NCBI GenBank assembly: GCA_045535555.1
Contig: JAZSLV010000003.1
Span: 2,117-66,116, forward strand
Length of the DNA: 64,000 nt
Direction of reading: 5' to 3'
From: Bacteroidaceae bacterium
Lineage (GTDB): Bacteria; Bacteroidota; Bacteroidia; Bacteroidales; Bacteroidaceae
In this document: in pieces, positions 29,235-42,600 of the stretch
How positions within the stretch are numbered: position 1 is the first letter of the stretch
Layout: every line of letters starts with the position of its first letter
Position numbers and translations under genes: made by a program
The notes under the pieces: generated by a model
Databases searched by the model: none
What the model saw: the letters and a program-made list of their open reading frames with translations, nothing else
Told to the model about the DNA's origin: nothing

Positions 29235-29897
29235 TCACCATTCTATGGGAGTCTGTCCGTGTTTTATGAGCCAGTCGTTGGTGAGGCTGAAGTGGTGATT
29301 GCCGAAGAACCCGTTATAGGCTGAGAGGGGGGATGGATGGGCCGATGAAAGTACAAGATGACGGGAGCGGTCTATGATGGCTCCCTTTTTCTTGGCATAA
29401 CCTCCCCAAAGTATGAATACAAGGCCGTCACGGTGAGCGTTGAGTTCACGGATTGCAGCATCGGTAAACTCTTCCCAACCCTTTCCCTGATGGGAACCGG
29501 CCTGACCGGCACGGACCGTCAGAGTGGCGTTCAGAAGCAGCACACCCTGCTGCGCCCAACGCGTCAGGTCGCCGCTTACCGGAACAGGTTTGCCAAGGTC
29601 ATCGCTTATCTCCTTGAAAATATTACGGAGTGAGGGCGGGAACGGCACGCCGTCGTTTACCGAAAAGCACAGGCCGTGCGCCTGACCCGGCTCGTGATAC
29701 GGATCCTGTCCTATTATGACAACCTTGACCTTATCGAATGGGCACAGATCAAAGGCATTGAATATCAGACGTCCGGGAGGATAGACCGGACCATGGGCGT
29801 ACTCATCCCTGACAAAGTCCGTCAGAGTCCTGAAATAGGGCTTGTCAAACTCTGTCTGGAGATGCTCCTTCCAACTCTGGTCTATCTTTACCTCCAT
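29235..29897 (-). CDS. ung: Uracil-DNA glycosylase
   Basis: GQDPYH and HPSPLSA motifs. Confidence 0.95.
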   Translation of the reverse strand: MEVKIDQSWKEHLQTEFDKPYFRTLTDFVRDEYAHGPVYPPGRLIFNAFDLCPFDKVKVVIIGQDPYHEPGQAHGLCFSVNDGVPFPPSLRNIFKEISDDLGKPVPVSGDLTRWAQQGVLLLNATLTVRAGQAGSHQGKGWEEFTDAAIRELNAHRDGLVFILWGGYAKKKGAIIDRSRHLVLSSAHPSPLSAYNGFFGNHHFSLTNDWLIKHGQTPIEW

Positions 29898-29898
29898 A

Positions 29899-30936
29899 TC
29901 AGATCAGTTGAATGCCTGCGGCAGCGCATTCGGCACGCATATCATCGGGCCAGATGCTCGCCTGAATCTCACCTATGTGAGCTTTCTGCAGGAACAGCAT
30001 GCAAAGACGCGACTGGCCTATACCGCCGCCGATTGACAGAGGAAGCTGGCCTGCCAGCAGTTTCTTGTGGAAATAGAGTTCCTTGCGCTCCTGCTTGCCG
30101 CAGAGTTCCAGCTGACGGAGCATAGACTCCTTATCAACGCGGATACCCATTGACGAAAGTTCCATCGCGCGCCCCAGTATGGGGTTCCAGACCAGAAGGT
30201 CACCGTTCAGTCCCATGAATCCGTCCTGGTTGGGAGTGGTCCAATCATCGTAGTCGGGTGCGCGCAGGTCATGCTCCTTGCCGTCACCCAGTTTGCCGCC
30301 GATACCCATGATGAAGACGGCGCCGTGCTCGCGGCATATGGCATCCTCACGTTCCTTGGGGGTCTTGTCGGGATAGAGACGGCGCAGTTCCTCTGAGTGG
30401 ATAAAGAACACCTCGCGGGCCAGGAACGGCTCCAACTGGGGATAGGTCTCGTTTATCAGATACTCTGTACGGAGCATGGCTGAGTATATCTTGCGTACTA
30501 TGCGCTTAAGGAAATCAATGTTGCGGTCATCGGCCGTGATTACACGTTCCCAATCCCACTGGTCAACATAAAGCGAGTGCAGGTTTCCCAGGCTCTCATC
30601 GGCGCGTATGGCGTTCATATCGGTATAGATTCCGTAACCGGGCTTTACCTCATACTCGGCCAGGGTAAGACGTTTCCACTTGGCAAGTGAATGAACCACC
30701 TCGGCCTTGGCGTCGCCCAGGTCTTTTATGGGAAATGTGACGGCGCGCTCAACTCCGTTCAGGTCATCGTTTATACCCATACCCTTGAGAACGAACAGAG
30801 GGGCGGTGACACGTCTCAACTGCAGTCCGGTTGAAAGATTCTGTTGGAAAAACTCCTTGATGAGTTTGATACCCTGCTCTGTCTGCTGCATTGACATGAG
30901 CGGTTTGTACTTTTCTGGAATGATCAGGTAGCTCAT
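29899..30936 (-). CDS. asnA: Aspartate--ammonia ligase (asparagine synthetase A)
   Basis: Full-length AsnA-type class II aaRS-like fold sequence (about 345 aa; IKLIKEFFQQNL..., GGGIGQSRLCM). Confidence 0.9.
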   Translation of the reverse strand: MSYLIIPEKYKPLMSMQQTEQGIKLIKEFFQQNLSTGLQLRRVTAPLFVLKGMGINDDLNGVERAVTFPIKDLGDAKAEVVHSLAKWKRLTLAEYEVKPGYGIYTDMNAIRADESLGNLHSLYVDQWDWERVITADDRNIDFLKRIVRKIYSAMLRTEYLINETYPQLEPFLAREVFFIHSEELRRLYPDKTPKEREDAICREHGAVFIMGIGGKLGDGKEHDLRAPDYDDWTTPNQDGFMGLNGDLLVWNPILGRAMELSSMGIRVDKESMLRQLELCGKQERKELYFHKKLLAGQLPLSIGGGIGQSRLCMLFLQKAHIGEIQASIWPDDMRAECAAAGIQLI

Positions 30937-30951
30937 AGCATTTATGTTGTT

Positions 30952-33792
30952 TTATTCATTATACCAGTTGACGTAACTGTTAGAGCTGGAGCGTTTCTTG
31001 ACCTTAAGCAGGTCTGCCAGCATCTGCGAATTGGCCTTGACTGTAAAGTTATATGACGTATAGGGTTTGAGTACGACGCTGCAAGACATATTGAAGCAGT
31101 GCAGGTCACGCGTCACACTCATAGTCGTGGTCGTAAAATCATGCCAGGTAAAATCCCAGCCCGATGAGAAGTTGATGTTCCACTTGTTGGTCAGTTTCAT
31201 GTTTCCGGACATGTTCAGGCTGTGCGACAACGCCCAGGGATACCGCATACGCTTCACATTGATCTGCGCTTTGGTATCTTCACGCATTGTTATGCCGTAA
31301 GAGATGGAGAATGACCACGGCAGGGAATAATTAACGTAACCGTCTTCATCTACAGGAGCAGCGCCACCGTTCTTACCTGGTGCCGACTGGGTCTTGCCTA
31401 CCCTTTCCGGCTTGTCCGCATTGGGATTCTCATCAAACCCCTCATCATCGGTTTCATCATCTCCGTAATCACGATGGAACAGGTTGTTAAACTTTCCTTT
31501 CCACTCTCTGAGCGTATTGTTGGAGAATGTGTATGAGAAATTCTGGCTCATACCCTGGAAACGGCCGAACCTTCCGTAAGAATACTCTGTACGTTCACCA
31601 ACTATAACCTTACCCTGTTCATTGAACTCATAGGCATACGTAGCCCAAACCGCATTCAGGTTGAACGTATGGTTTCCCGGGAGTTTAAGGCGCAGACGGG
31701 TATTGAGGTTACTCCACGGTCTGCTTATGGCGGCGAAATTGTATGACATCGATGCTCCCAGTTCGTCTATCAGGGAAACTGTTTTCTCTGACCTTGTAGT
31801 ATCCTTGTCCGTCCGCAATTTCATCTCCAGATTATTGCCTACGCTCAGTGACAGGGTACCGGACTTGCCTTTTCCCGGAACGCCATACATCGAACCCGAG
31901 TATGGTGAATACTCCACGGTACGGACTTCGCCCTTGTCATCGGTGTAGGTATATGTGTCATAGAAACCGTAGCGGGCGGCACTGAAATCGGGAGCCATAC
32001 TGTAACTGACCGAAGGCGTGAACACATGCCTTACAGCCACCAGTTTGTCACCGAACATCCTTATCCACAAGTTTGACGGCTCGTACATACCGTACAACTT
32101 AGTGTTTGCACTTACGCTCAGGTTGTAATTGTACACGCGGTTGAATCCGTATACGGTATCCCTTGCCGCCTTCATGTTCTGGTCATCCCACCTCTGCATA
32201 ACCTTGTACGTGTACCAGCGTGAGTTGTAGTTGAATGAAGGAGTAATGTTTATTGTCTTGAATATCTGGAACGTAGCACTTATGGGGATAGAATGCCTCA
32301 TGCCGTTGTTCCAGTCACGGAGCAGGTTCTTGTCCATGATCTCATTCTCCTTGCCGGTTATGCTGTTACTCAACGAGCCGTTGTATGACATGGATATCTT
32401 CTCATACCATTTCTCAGTTCCGGCAACCTTCTTTCGCTTGAACGGATAGAAACGCTGCAGTGATATATTGAGCGAAGGCAGGTTTAACGAAAGCGTTGAG
32501 TCACGCATGTTCTGCGACATGTTGGCGGAGCTGGAAACAGAGAGGCCTATCGACGGAAAATTCCTTGAATAACTGATACTTGACGTACGTGTGCTCTGCG
32601 ATGTCAGCGACGGATTGTACAGACTGCTCAGATTGGAGCGTTCGTAACTCTGTGTGGCAAAATTCACACTGGCCGAAAAATTCTGGTACGGATTGGCCTT
32701 GGGATCCTGACGGTGCGTCCAACGTACCTTGAAGTTCTTTGTGACAGCATAGTCCGGGAGTCCCTTGTCACCGGTCTTGGTAGTTAGCGAACTGGCATAC
32801 ACATTGCCTGAGAACTTGTAACGTTTCTTGTATTTGCTCTCGCCTGATATACCCCAGGAACCTTTGGTGAATATCTCACCCAGCACTTTCAGGTCAACGT
32901 AATCAGAAAGTGCGAAATAGTATCCGCCATCCTTCAGGTAGAAGCCCCTCTCCATCTCATCACCGTAAGTAGGCACAATTATGCCCGATGCATAATCGCC
33001 CTCCAGGAACGGAAAGAATCCGAACGGCACGAAAAGAGGTAAGGGAACACCCATAACCTCCAGATAAGCCGGCCCGAATATTACATCACGGCCGGGACGC
33101 ACCTTGGCACGCGTTATGCGGATGTTGAAGTGGGGATCATCGTGAATATCACAGGTGGTGTATATGCCATCGGCTATGTAATACTCTCCGTCCGGACCCT
33201 TCTTGGCCTCGTTACTGGTCATATAGCCCTCGCCCTGCTGGGTGATGATCTCATTGATGTAACCCTTCTCGGTCTTGAAGTTGTAACTTATATGATTGGA
33301 ATTATACGGAGTGCTTCCGTCCACGAAAACCGGGCTGCCCTGCCATTCACCGGTGGAATCCTGAATTCCGTCGGCATAGACCATGCTGCTGTCCATCTGC
33401 ATCTTTATCACGGCTGCGGTGAGTTGGACATTCTGGTAGTTGACATGTCCGTTACCGTAGAGTGATGCATAGCCTCCGTTGTTCCAGACCATGGAGTCAC
33501 TGGACTCATAGGCAACCGGATCATCCAGTGCGTCTTTCTTTTTCTTGGGACCCTTTGGAACAGAATCCTGTACGGATGATATTGAGTCAGGGACAGCCTG
33601 AACCCGAACAGAATCTGCTGCCGCAATGCCTGAAAGGGAATCAACAGGGACCTGAGCCACTGCCATTCCGGCCGGAATAAACAATCCGAGAAGTATCGGA
33701 AGCCAACTTTTTCTGTTATTTCCCCTCACTTGCTGACGAGCTTTCTGCGTATCAAACTGCAAAAGTACCCATAAAACCTCACACAAGCGCAC
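30952..33792 (-). CDS. LptD-like outer-membrane LPS-assembly protein (Bacteroidetes type)
   Basis: About 946 aa with an N-terminal signal-like segment, an OstA-like N-terminal region and a large beta-barrel region rich in Y/S/N/F. The start codon is uncertain. Confidence 0.7.
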   Translation of the reverse strand: MRLCEVLWVLLQFDTQKARQQVRGNNRKSWLPILLGLFIPAGMAVAQVPVDSLSGIAAADSVRVQAVPDSISSVQDSVPKGPKKKKDALDDPVAYESSDSMVWNNGGYASLYGNGHVNYQNVQLTAAVIKMQMDSSMVYADGIQDSTGEWQGSPVFVDGSTPYNSNHISYNFKTEKGYINEIITQQGEGYMTSNEAKKGPDGEYYIADGIYTTCDIHDDPHFNIRITRAKVRPGRDVIFGPAYLEVMGVPLPLFVPFGFFPFLEGDYASGIIVPTYGDEMERGFYLKDGGYYFALSDYVDLKVLGEIFTKGSWGISGESKYKKRYKFSGNVYASSLTTKTGDKGLPDYAVTKNFKVRWTHRQDPKANPYQNFSASVNFATQSYERSNLSSLYNPSLTSQSTRTSSISYSRNFPSIGLSVSSSANMSQNMRDSTLSLNLPSLNISLQRFYPFKRKKVAGTEKWYEKISMSYNGSLSNSITGKENEIMDKNLLRDWNNGMRHSIPISATFQIFKTINITPSFNYNSRWYTYKVMQRWDDQNMKAARDTVYGFNRVYNYNLSVSANTKLYGMYEPSNLWIRMFGDKLVAVRHVFTPSVSYSMAPDFSAARYGFYDTYTYTDDKGEVRTVEYSPYSGSMYGVPGKGKSGTLSLSVGNNLEMKLRTDKDTTRSEKTVSLIDELGASMSYNFAAISRPWSNLNTRLRLKLPGNHTFNLNAVWATYAYEFNEQGKVIVGERTEYSYGRFGRFQGMSQNFSYTFSNNTLREWKGKFNNLFHRDYGDDETDDEGFDENPNADKPERVGKTQSAPGKNGGAAPVDEDGYVNYSLPWSFSISYGITMREDTKAQINVKRMRYPWALSHSLNMSGNMKLTNKWNINFSSGWDFTWHDFTTTTMSVTRDLHCFNMSCSVVLKPYTSYNFTVKANSQMLADLLKVKKRSSSNSYVNWYNE

Positions 33793-33852
33793 ACGCGGGG
33801 CTGTTTTCAGAATTTTTAATAGTAAAAAGACTGTTAGAGACTGATTTGGGGG

Positions 33853-37562
<3,710 letters not shown>

Positions 37563-37674
37563 TTAAGTTGTTTTCGCAATCGCGAAAGTAATTGTTTTTT
37601 GCCTAACGGAATGCTGTTATCGGGAAAAATGCTACCTTTACACCAATTTTTACACGCACACGCGCGAACCGTTA

Positions 37675-39627
37675 ATGCATATGTCATTTTCAATCGTCAA
37701 TAAAACAAAAGGGCTTTCAGAAAAGATATTCCGACTGTTACCCTATATACTTGCATTACTGCTTTGGGCAGCACTTTCCATTTACGGACAGTACTACCTG
37801 AAAAAAGTTGAAGACCTTTCACTTTTTCTGTTTGACTCCCTCTATCTGAAGGAAGCCGCTCAGATACCGGGTGGCCTGCTGGGGGTCATGGGCTCGTTCC
37901 TGACCCAGTTCCTGTATTACCCGTGGCTTGGCGCACTCATATGGATAATAACCCTCCTGTCGGTTTATCAGTTGACCATAAAGGCATTCGACATTCCGGA
38001 ACGGCTCATGTCACTGGCTGTCATACCCGCCGCCCTTCTGGTAATAGCAAACATGTCTTTAGGTTACGGAGTGTATATAATGAGGGAACCTGACCATTTC
38101 TTTGCTCCGCTGTTGGGATACCTCGCCGCCCTCATTCCACTCTTCACGTTCAAACATGTCAGGTCACTTTGGGGCAGGATCCTCTTTCTGACAATATGGA
38201 CAGCCGCAGGATATCCCATTCTGGGAATGTTCGCTTTCCTGGGTACGGTGTCCGCGTCGCTGATGGCGCTCACCCAATCCGGATCACTGTCCAAAGAGAG
38301 GTTTACCCTGTTCGCATCGGGCATAATCCTGGTACTTGTCATACCGCTTATAGAGTACAGTTTCTACACATCCTACCGCATAGCGGACAGTTGGATCATT
38401 GGACTGCCTGTAATATCCGAGGATGCCTGGACACGCGTCATGCGCACACCCTTCCAGTTGGCACTGCTCTTCATACCGGTGATGGCCGCCGTGTCCAACC
38501 GACTCAAGGCCGACGGAAAAAGCACCCTGCTGCAGGCATCTGTCCTGACTGTTTCGGTCCTCTGCGTATGGATATTCTGGTTCAAGGATGATAACTTCCA
38601 AATTGAACTGGCCATGTCCGAATCAGTAGACCGTATGGAGTGGCAGAAAGTGGTTGACATCTACGACAAGGCTGTCAAATCACATTCCAAGTCCGATGAA
38701 AGGGCTTACAAAGCACGCTCCAAAAGCCTCAAGGACGTTACAAACCGTGATGAGATTGCAGATATAACAGAAAGATACAGGAGCCGTTTCTTTGAGCCCA
38801 CCCGCACCATGATAATATACCGTGACATGGCTCTGCTCAAGTTAAACAGGGCTCTGGAGCAGACTTTCACCATGAAGGACGGAGGACGGCCCCAGAAATC
38901 CCGCTGCCTGATTCCCATGGCTTATCAGTCGGGAAAGCAGATTTATCTGCAATACGGCCTTATCAACCTATGCTACCGTTGGTGCCAGGAGGATCTGATT
39001 GAGCACGACTGGAGTTACGGCACGCTCAAGTACATGGCCATGCACAGCATAATCATGAGCGAGAGCGAGTTTGCATACAAATATCTCAACAAACTCCGTA
39101 AGACCATATTCTACCGCCGTTGGGCCAAGGAGCAGACACCTTACTCGCTCGACAGCAACCTGATGGCTGCCAATGAGCCTTACAAGAGCATTCTGCCCTA
39201 TATGTGTTTTGAGGACCGTATGGTAAACGACATGGTAAAATGTGAAACTTTCATGATGCGTCATTACACGGAGGAAGAACCGCCCCATGCTACGCCAGAA
39301 TACGACCGTGCCGCACTGCTGTGGGCGATGCGCATGCAGAACATACCCCTATTCTGGAACAGGCTCTACCTGTATATCAATTCCAATAAGGTGGTGGAAC
39401 TGCCCCGCAGCGTACAGGAAGCCGCCCTGCTATACAGCAAACTTGAGAAGCCCCCGTTTGAGATACCGTTCAGCAAACAGGTAACCGACAGTTATGACGC
39501 TTTCAACCGTTTCATTAAAAGCAATCCTATACGCAACATGGAAGAATCGGCCTACCCGTACTACAGCAGGTTCGGAAAGACATTCTTCTACTATTACTAT
39601 TTCATCCGGAACCTTCAGACCTATTGA
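37675..39627 (+). CDS. Polytopic membrane protein with a C-terminal soluble domain (DUF6057-like)
   Basis: About 9-10 hydrophobic segments in the first ~300 aa, then a soluble region rich in Y/W/R. The family assignment is from memory of Bacteroides DUF6057 proteins. Confidence 0.65.
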   Translation: MHMSFSIVNKTKGLSEKIFRLLPYILALLLWAALSIYGQYYLKKVEDLSLFLFDSLYLKEAAQIPGGLLGVMGSFLTQFLYYPWLGALIWIITLLSVYQLTIKAFDIPERLMSLAVIPAALLVIANMSLGYGVYIMREPDHFFAPLLGYLAALIPLFTFKHVRSLWGRILFLTIWTAAGYPILGMFAFLGTVSASLMALTQSGSLSKERFTLFASGIILVLVIPLIEYSFYTSYRIADSWIIGLPVISEDAWTRVMRTPFQLALLFIPVMAAVSNRLKADGKSTLLQASVLTVSVLCVWIFWFKDDNFQIELAMSESVDRMEWQKVVDIYDKAVKSHSKSDERAYKARSKSLKDVTNRDEIADITERYRSRFFEPTRTMIIYRDMALLKLNRALEQTFTMKDGGRPQKSRCLIPMAYQSGKQIYLQYGLINLCYRWCQEDLIEHDWSYGTLKYMAMHSIIMSESEFAYKYLNKLRKTIFYRRWAKEQTPYSLDSNLMAANEPYKSILPYMCFEDRMVNDMVKCETFMMRHYTEEEPPHATPEYDRAALLWAMRMQNIPLFWNRLYLYINSNKVVELPRSVQEAALLYSKLEKPPFEIPFSKQVTDSYDAFNRFIKSNPIRNMEESAYPYYSRFGKTFFYYYYFIRNLQTY

Positions 39628-39630
39628 CCT

Positions 39631-41115
39631 ATGAAAAGAATAGCCATACCTGTACTTGCCGCCCTTCTGGCATCATGTACTACCAAGGCGCCCTCCTCAT
39701 ACAGCAACTTGGATAAAGCGCCATCGATATTTCCCGATTACACGGACATCACCATACCCGCCAATATCGCTCCCATGAACTTCAGTATTGACGAGCAGGC
39801 CGATGAATACATCACGGTGTTCAGCACATCGTCCGCAAGCACAACCGTCAAGGGGCGCAAGGTCCGCATTCCCGAATCCAAATGGAGGAAACTCACAGCC
39901 GGCTCCCGCATAACCGTTCAGGTCTACGGCCGCAGCGGAAAGCAGTGGAGTGCCTACGCCCCGTTCAGCATGAGCGTGTCCGATGACATCGACCCCTATA
40001 TCTCATACCGTATCATTCCCATCTCAGTGGAGTCATATGAAAAGCTGTCGATACGGCAAAGGAACATAACCAATTTCAGGGAGAAGGTCATCTTTGCCAA
40101 CACCATGGTTCACAACAATGCACAGGGATCATGTATCAACTGCCACCATTACAGGAACTGGGAGACTGACAACATGCTGTTTCATGTACGTCATTTCAAA
40201 GGCGGCACGGTATTTATTCTTGACGGTGAACTCCATAAGATAAACACCAAGACAGACTCAACCATTTCCGCCGGATCGTACCCGTCGTGGCATCCGACTC
40301 ATGATTTCGTAGCTTTCGCAAGTGATAAGATACATCAGTCTATACATGCTCTATCTCATGATAAACTGGAAGTTATGGATGACAAAAGCGACATAATACT
40401 GTATGATATTCGCAACAACACCGTCAGTCCAATAGAAAATGACACCATTCAGTTTGAGTGTTTCCCAGCTTGGTCATCTGACGGCAAGAGTCTCTATTAT
40501 GTATCTTCGGCCTATCAGGTGCCCACGGGGACTTCCAGAATAGATGCTGTCTTTCTGGACAGATTCAAATTTCACTACAATCTCTACACGAAACCTTTTG
40601 ATCCCGACACACGCACATGGGGTGCCAGCAAACTTTTGTACGATGCAGTGGCTGCTGACAGCAGCATAACATGGCCAAAGGCATCACCCGACGGCCGTTG
40701 GCTATTGTGCTGTATAAGTACTCACGGAATGTTCCCTTTAGACCAGATAGAATCCGACTTTATTATTTTTGACCTGAAAGACTATTCTTACCGATATGCC
40801 GATGAATTGAACAGTCCTTTTGCCGAAAGTTTCCACTGCTGGTCATCCAACGGAAAATGGTTCATGTTCAGCACACGGCGCGAGGATGCGGTCCACACCC
40901 GCCTCTATTTCAGTCATATTGACGAGAACGGCCATTTCTCAAAACCGTTCGCCCTGCCGCAACGTGACCCGGAGTTCAACCGTGAATTCCTGAATGCGTT
41001 CAACATAGGTGAATTCATGAAGGAACCCGTCCACATAACACCCAGACAATTCGCCTCATTCATCTCAAGTACAGACGCAACCCCTTCCAAATACGAATCA
41101 AAAAGAGGAGAATGA
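39631..41115 (+). CDS. Lipoprotein with a single CXXCH haem-binding motif and a TolB-like beta-propeller region
   Basis: Lipobox LAALLASC. CINCH at 40132-40146. Repeated WSSDGK/SPDGRW/WSSNGKW PD40-like blades. Confidence 0.7.
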   Translation: MKRIAIPVLAALLASCTTKAPSSYSNLDKAPSIFPDYTDITIPANIAPMNFSIDEQADEYITVFSTSSASTTVKGRKVRIPESKWRKLTAGSRITVQVYGRSGKQWSAYAPFSMSVSDDIDPYISYRIIPISVESYEKLSIRQRNITNFREKVIFANTMVHNNAQGSCINCHHYRNWETDNMLFHVRHFKGGTVFILDGELHKINTKTDSTISAGSYPSWHPTHDFVAFASDKIHQSIHALSHDKLEVMDDKSDIILYDIRNNTVSPIENDTIQFECFPAWSSDGKSLYYVSSAYQVPTGTSRIDAVFLDRFKFHYNLYTKPFDPDTRTWGASKLLYDAVAADSSITWPKASPDGRWLLCCISTHGMFPLDQIESDFIIFDLKDYSYRYADELNSPFAESFHCWSSNGKWFMFSTRREDAVHTRLYFSHIDENGHFSKPFALPQRDPEFNREFLNAFNIGEFMKEPVHITPRQFASFISSTDATPSKYESKRGE

Positions 41116-42224
41116 TCAAGACAAGAATCATATCTGCATTTATTATTACAGCTTTCTGCTTTTTGTGGACTTTGCCGGCCATGGCTGTTGACAAGGACGG
41201 CAAGTTCATACTGGTCATTGACGCCGGCCACGGAGGCAAGGACCCCGGAGCAGTAAACGGCAAGAATCAGGAGAAAAGCATAAACCTGAACGTAGCTCTC
41301 AAGATGGGCAAACTCATTGAGGAGAACTGCAAGGATGTAAAGGTAATCTACACCCGTAAGACAGACGTATTTGTAGAATTGTACAAGCGGGCAGATATTG
41401 CCAACAAGGCAGGAGCCGATATGTTCATATCGGTACATACCAATTCGGCCAAGAGCAAAAGCGCCAACGGAGCTGAAACATACCTTCTGGGAGTTGAGGA
41501 AAACCGAGCCAGTGCAAATCTGAACGCTGCGCTCGAGGAGAACAAGGCCATACTTCTGGAAAATGACTACGAGGCTCATTATGAGGGCTATGACCCTAAC
41601 AGTCCGGAGAGCATGATAATATTTGAATTCATGCAGAACGAGTATCAGAAGGAGAGTCTTAAAATGGCCACCTTCACTCAGGAAAGGATGGTAAAATCAG
41701 CCAAACGGCCCGACCGCGGTGTCCATCAGGCCGGATATCTGGTTTTGTGGAAAAGCACTATGCCGAGCATCCTGATTGAATTGGGATTCATATCCAATGA
41801 TGCCGAATGCAAGTACCTGGTTTCGCAGAAAGGCGTGGACGAAATGGGACAGAGCCTCTACGAAGCATTCAGGGATTATCTGGATTACCACAACAAACTT
41901 GTTGAGAAAGCTGTGCCCACCGCACAGGCAATAGGGAACAAAGGAGCCGATCGTGAACTGCCTGTGTATAAGGTGCAGTTCATGAGCATCAGGAATCCTC
42001 TCAAGAAAAACGACAAACGCCTCAAGGCTTACGACAATGTAGATTACTATACCGAAGGCGGAATGTGCAAGTACACATGCGGTGACACTACTGATTTTGA
42101 GGCGGTGCAAAAGACGAAGAAGGAGGTCCAGAAAAAGTATAAGGATGCGTTCGTAATTGCCGTGTATGAAGGCAGGAAAATCAGCGTCAGAGAGGCCCAG
42201 GAAATCAACGCCAAAAACAAATAA
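41112..42224 (+). CDS. N-acetylmuramoyl-L-alanine amidase (Amidase_3) with a C-terminal SPOR domain
   Basis: VIDAGHGGKDPGA ... SVHTNS ... GAETYLL amidase_3 motifs. C-terminal YKVQFMS...AFVIAVYEGRKISV is SPOR-like. An ATGA overlap links it to the upstream gene. Confidence 0.9.
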   Translation: MIKTRIISAFIITAFCFLWTLPAMAVDKDGKFILVIDAGHGGKDPGAVNGKNQEKSINLNVALKMGKLIEENCKDVKVIYTRKTDVFVELYKRADIANKAGADMFISVHTNSAKSKSANGAETYLLGVEENRASANLNAALEENKAILLENDYEAHYEGYDPNSPESMIIFEFMQNEYQKESLKMATFTQERMVKSAKRPDRGVHQAGYLVLWKSTMPSILIELGFISNDAECKYLVSQKGVDEMGQSLYEAFRDYLDYHNKLVEKAVPTAQAIGNKGADRELPVYKVQFMSIRNPLKKNDKRLKAYDNVDYYTEGGMCKYTCGDTTDFEAVQKTKKEVQKKYKDAFVIAVYEGRKISVREAQEINAKNK

Positions 42225-42246
42225 TATACAGAAAATATTCACACGC

Positions 42247-42296
42247 CAACAACGCCGTATTTAGATTTCGTCTAAATATGACGTTGTTTTGGTTTT
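42247..42296 (+). terminator. Intrinsic terminator-like hairpin after the amidase gene
   Basis: Outer stem AACAACG/CGTTGTT and inner stem TATTTAGA/TCTAAATA around loop TTTCG, followed by TTGGTTTTT. Confidence 0.6.
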
Positions 42297-42600
42297 TAAT
42301 ATGGCCAAATATGCAATCGCGTTTTGGTAGGTGTTTAATAGGGTTATCCAAGTGCTCAAAATGGCTCCCGAATTATAGTTATCAACAGGCTTTCTCGCTG
42401 ATTTTCAGGGCTATACTAAAAATCAATAGGCTATTTTCAACTATTTTAATACGTTTTTCCAAGTGCCTAATTCCCAACATCTTACAAAAGACGTATTTTC
42501 GGGTAGGTCAAACCGGTTTGGTTTATTGAAATAAGATTGTCAACTTTGCAATGCAGTTGAAGGAAAGGCACCTATAGTCCGACCCCAACCAACAGAAAAA

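Noticed and set aside
42278-42529. 83-aa ORF in the dnaA upstream spacer
   Set aside because: It has no promoter box/start context and odd composition. Its repeated SKC peptide simply reflects the duplicated TCCAAGTGC DNA element. I treat the region as non-coding and regulatory.
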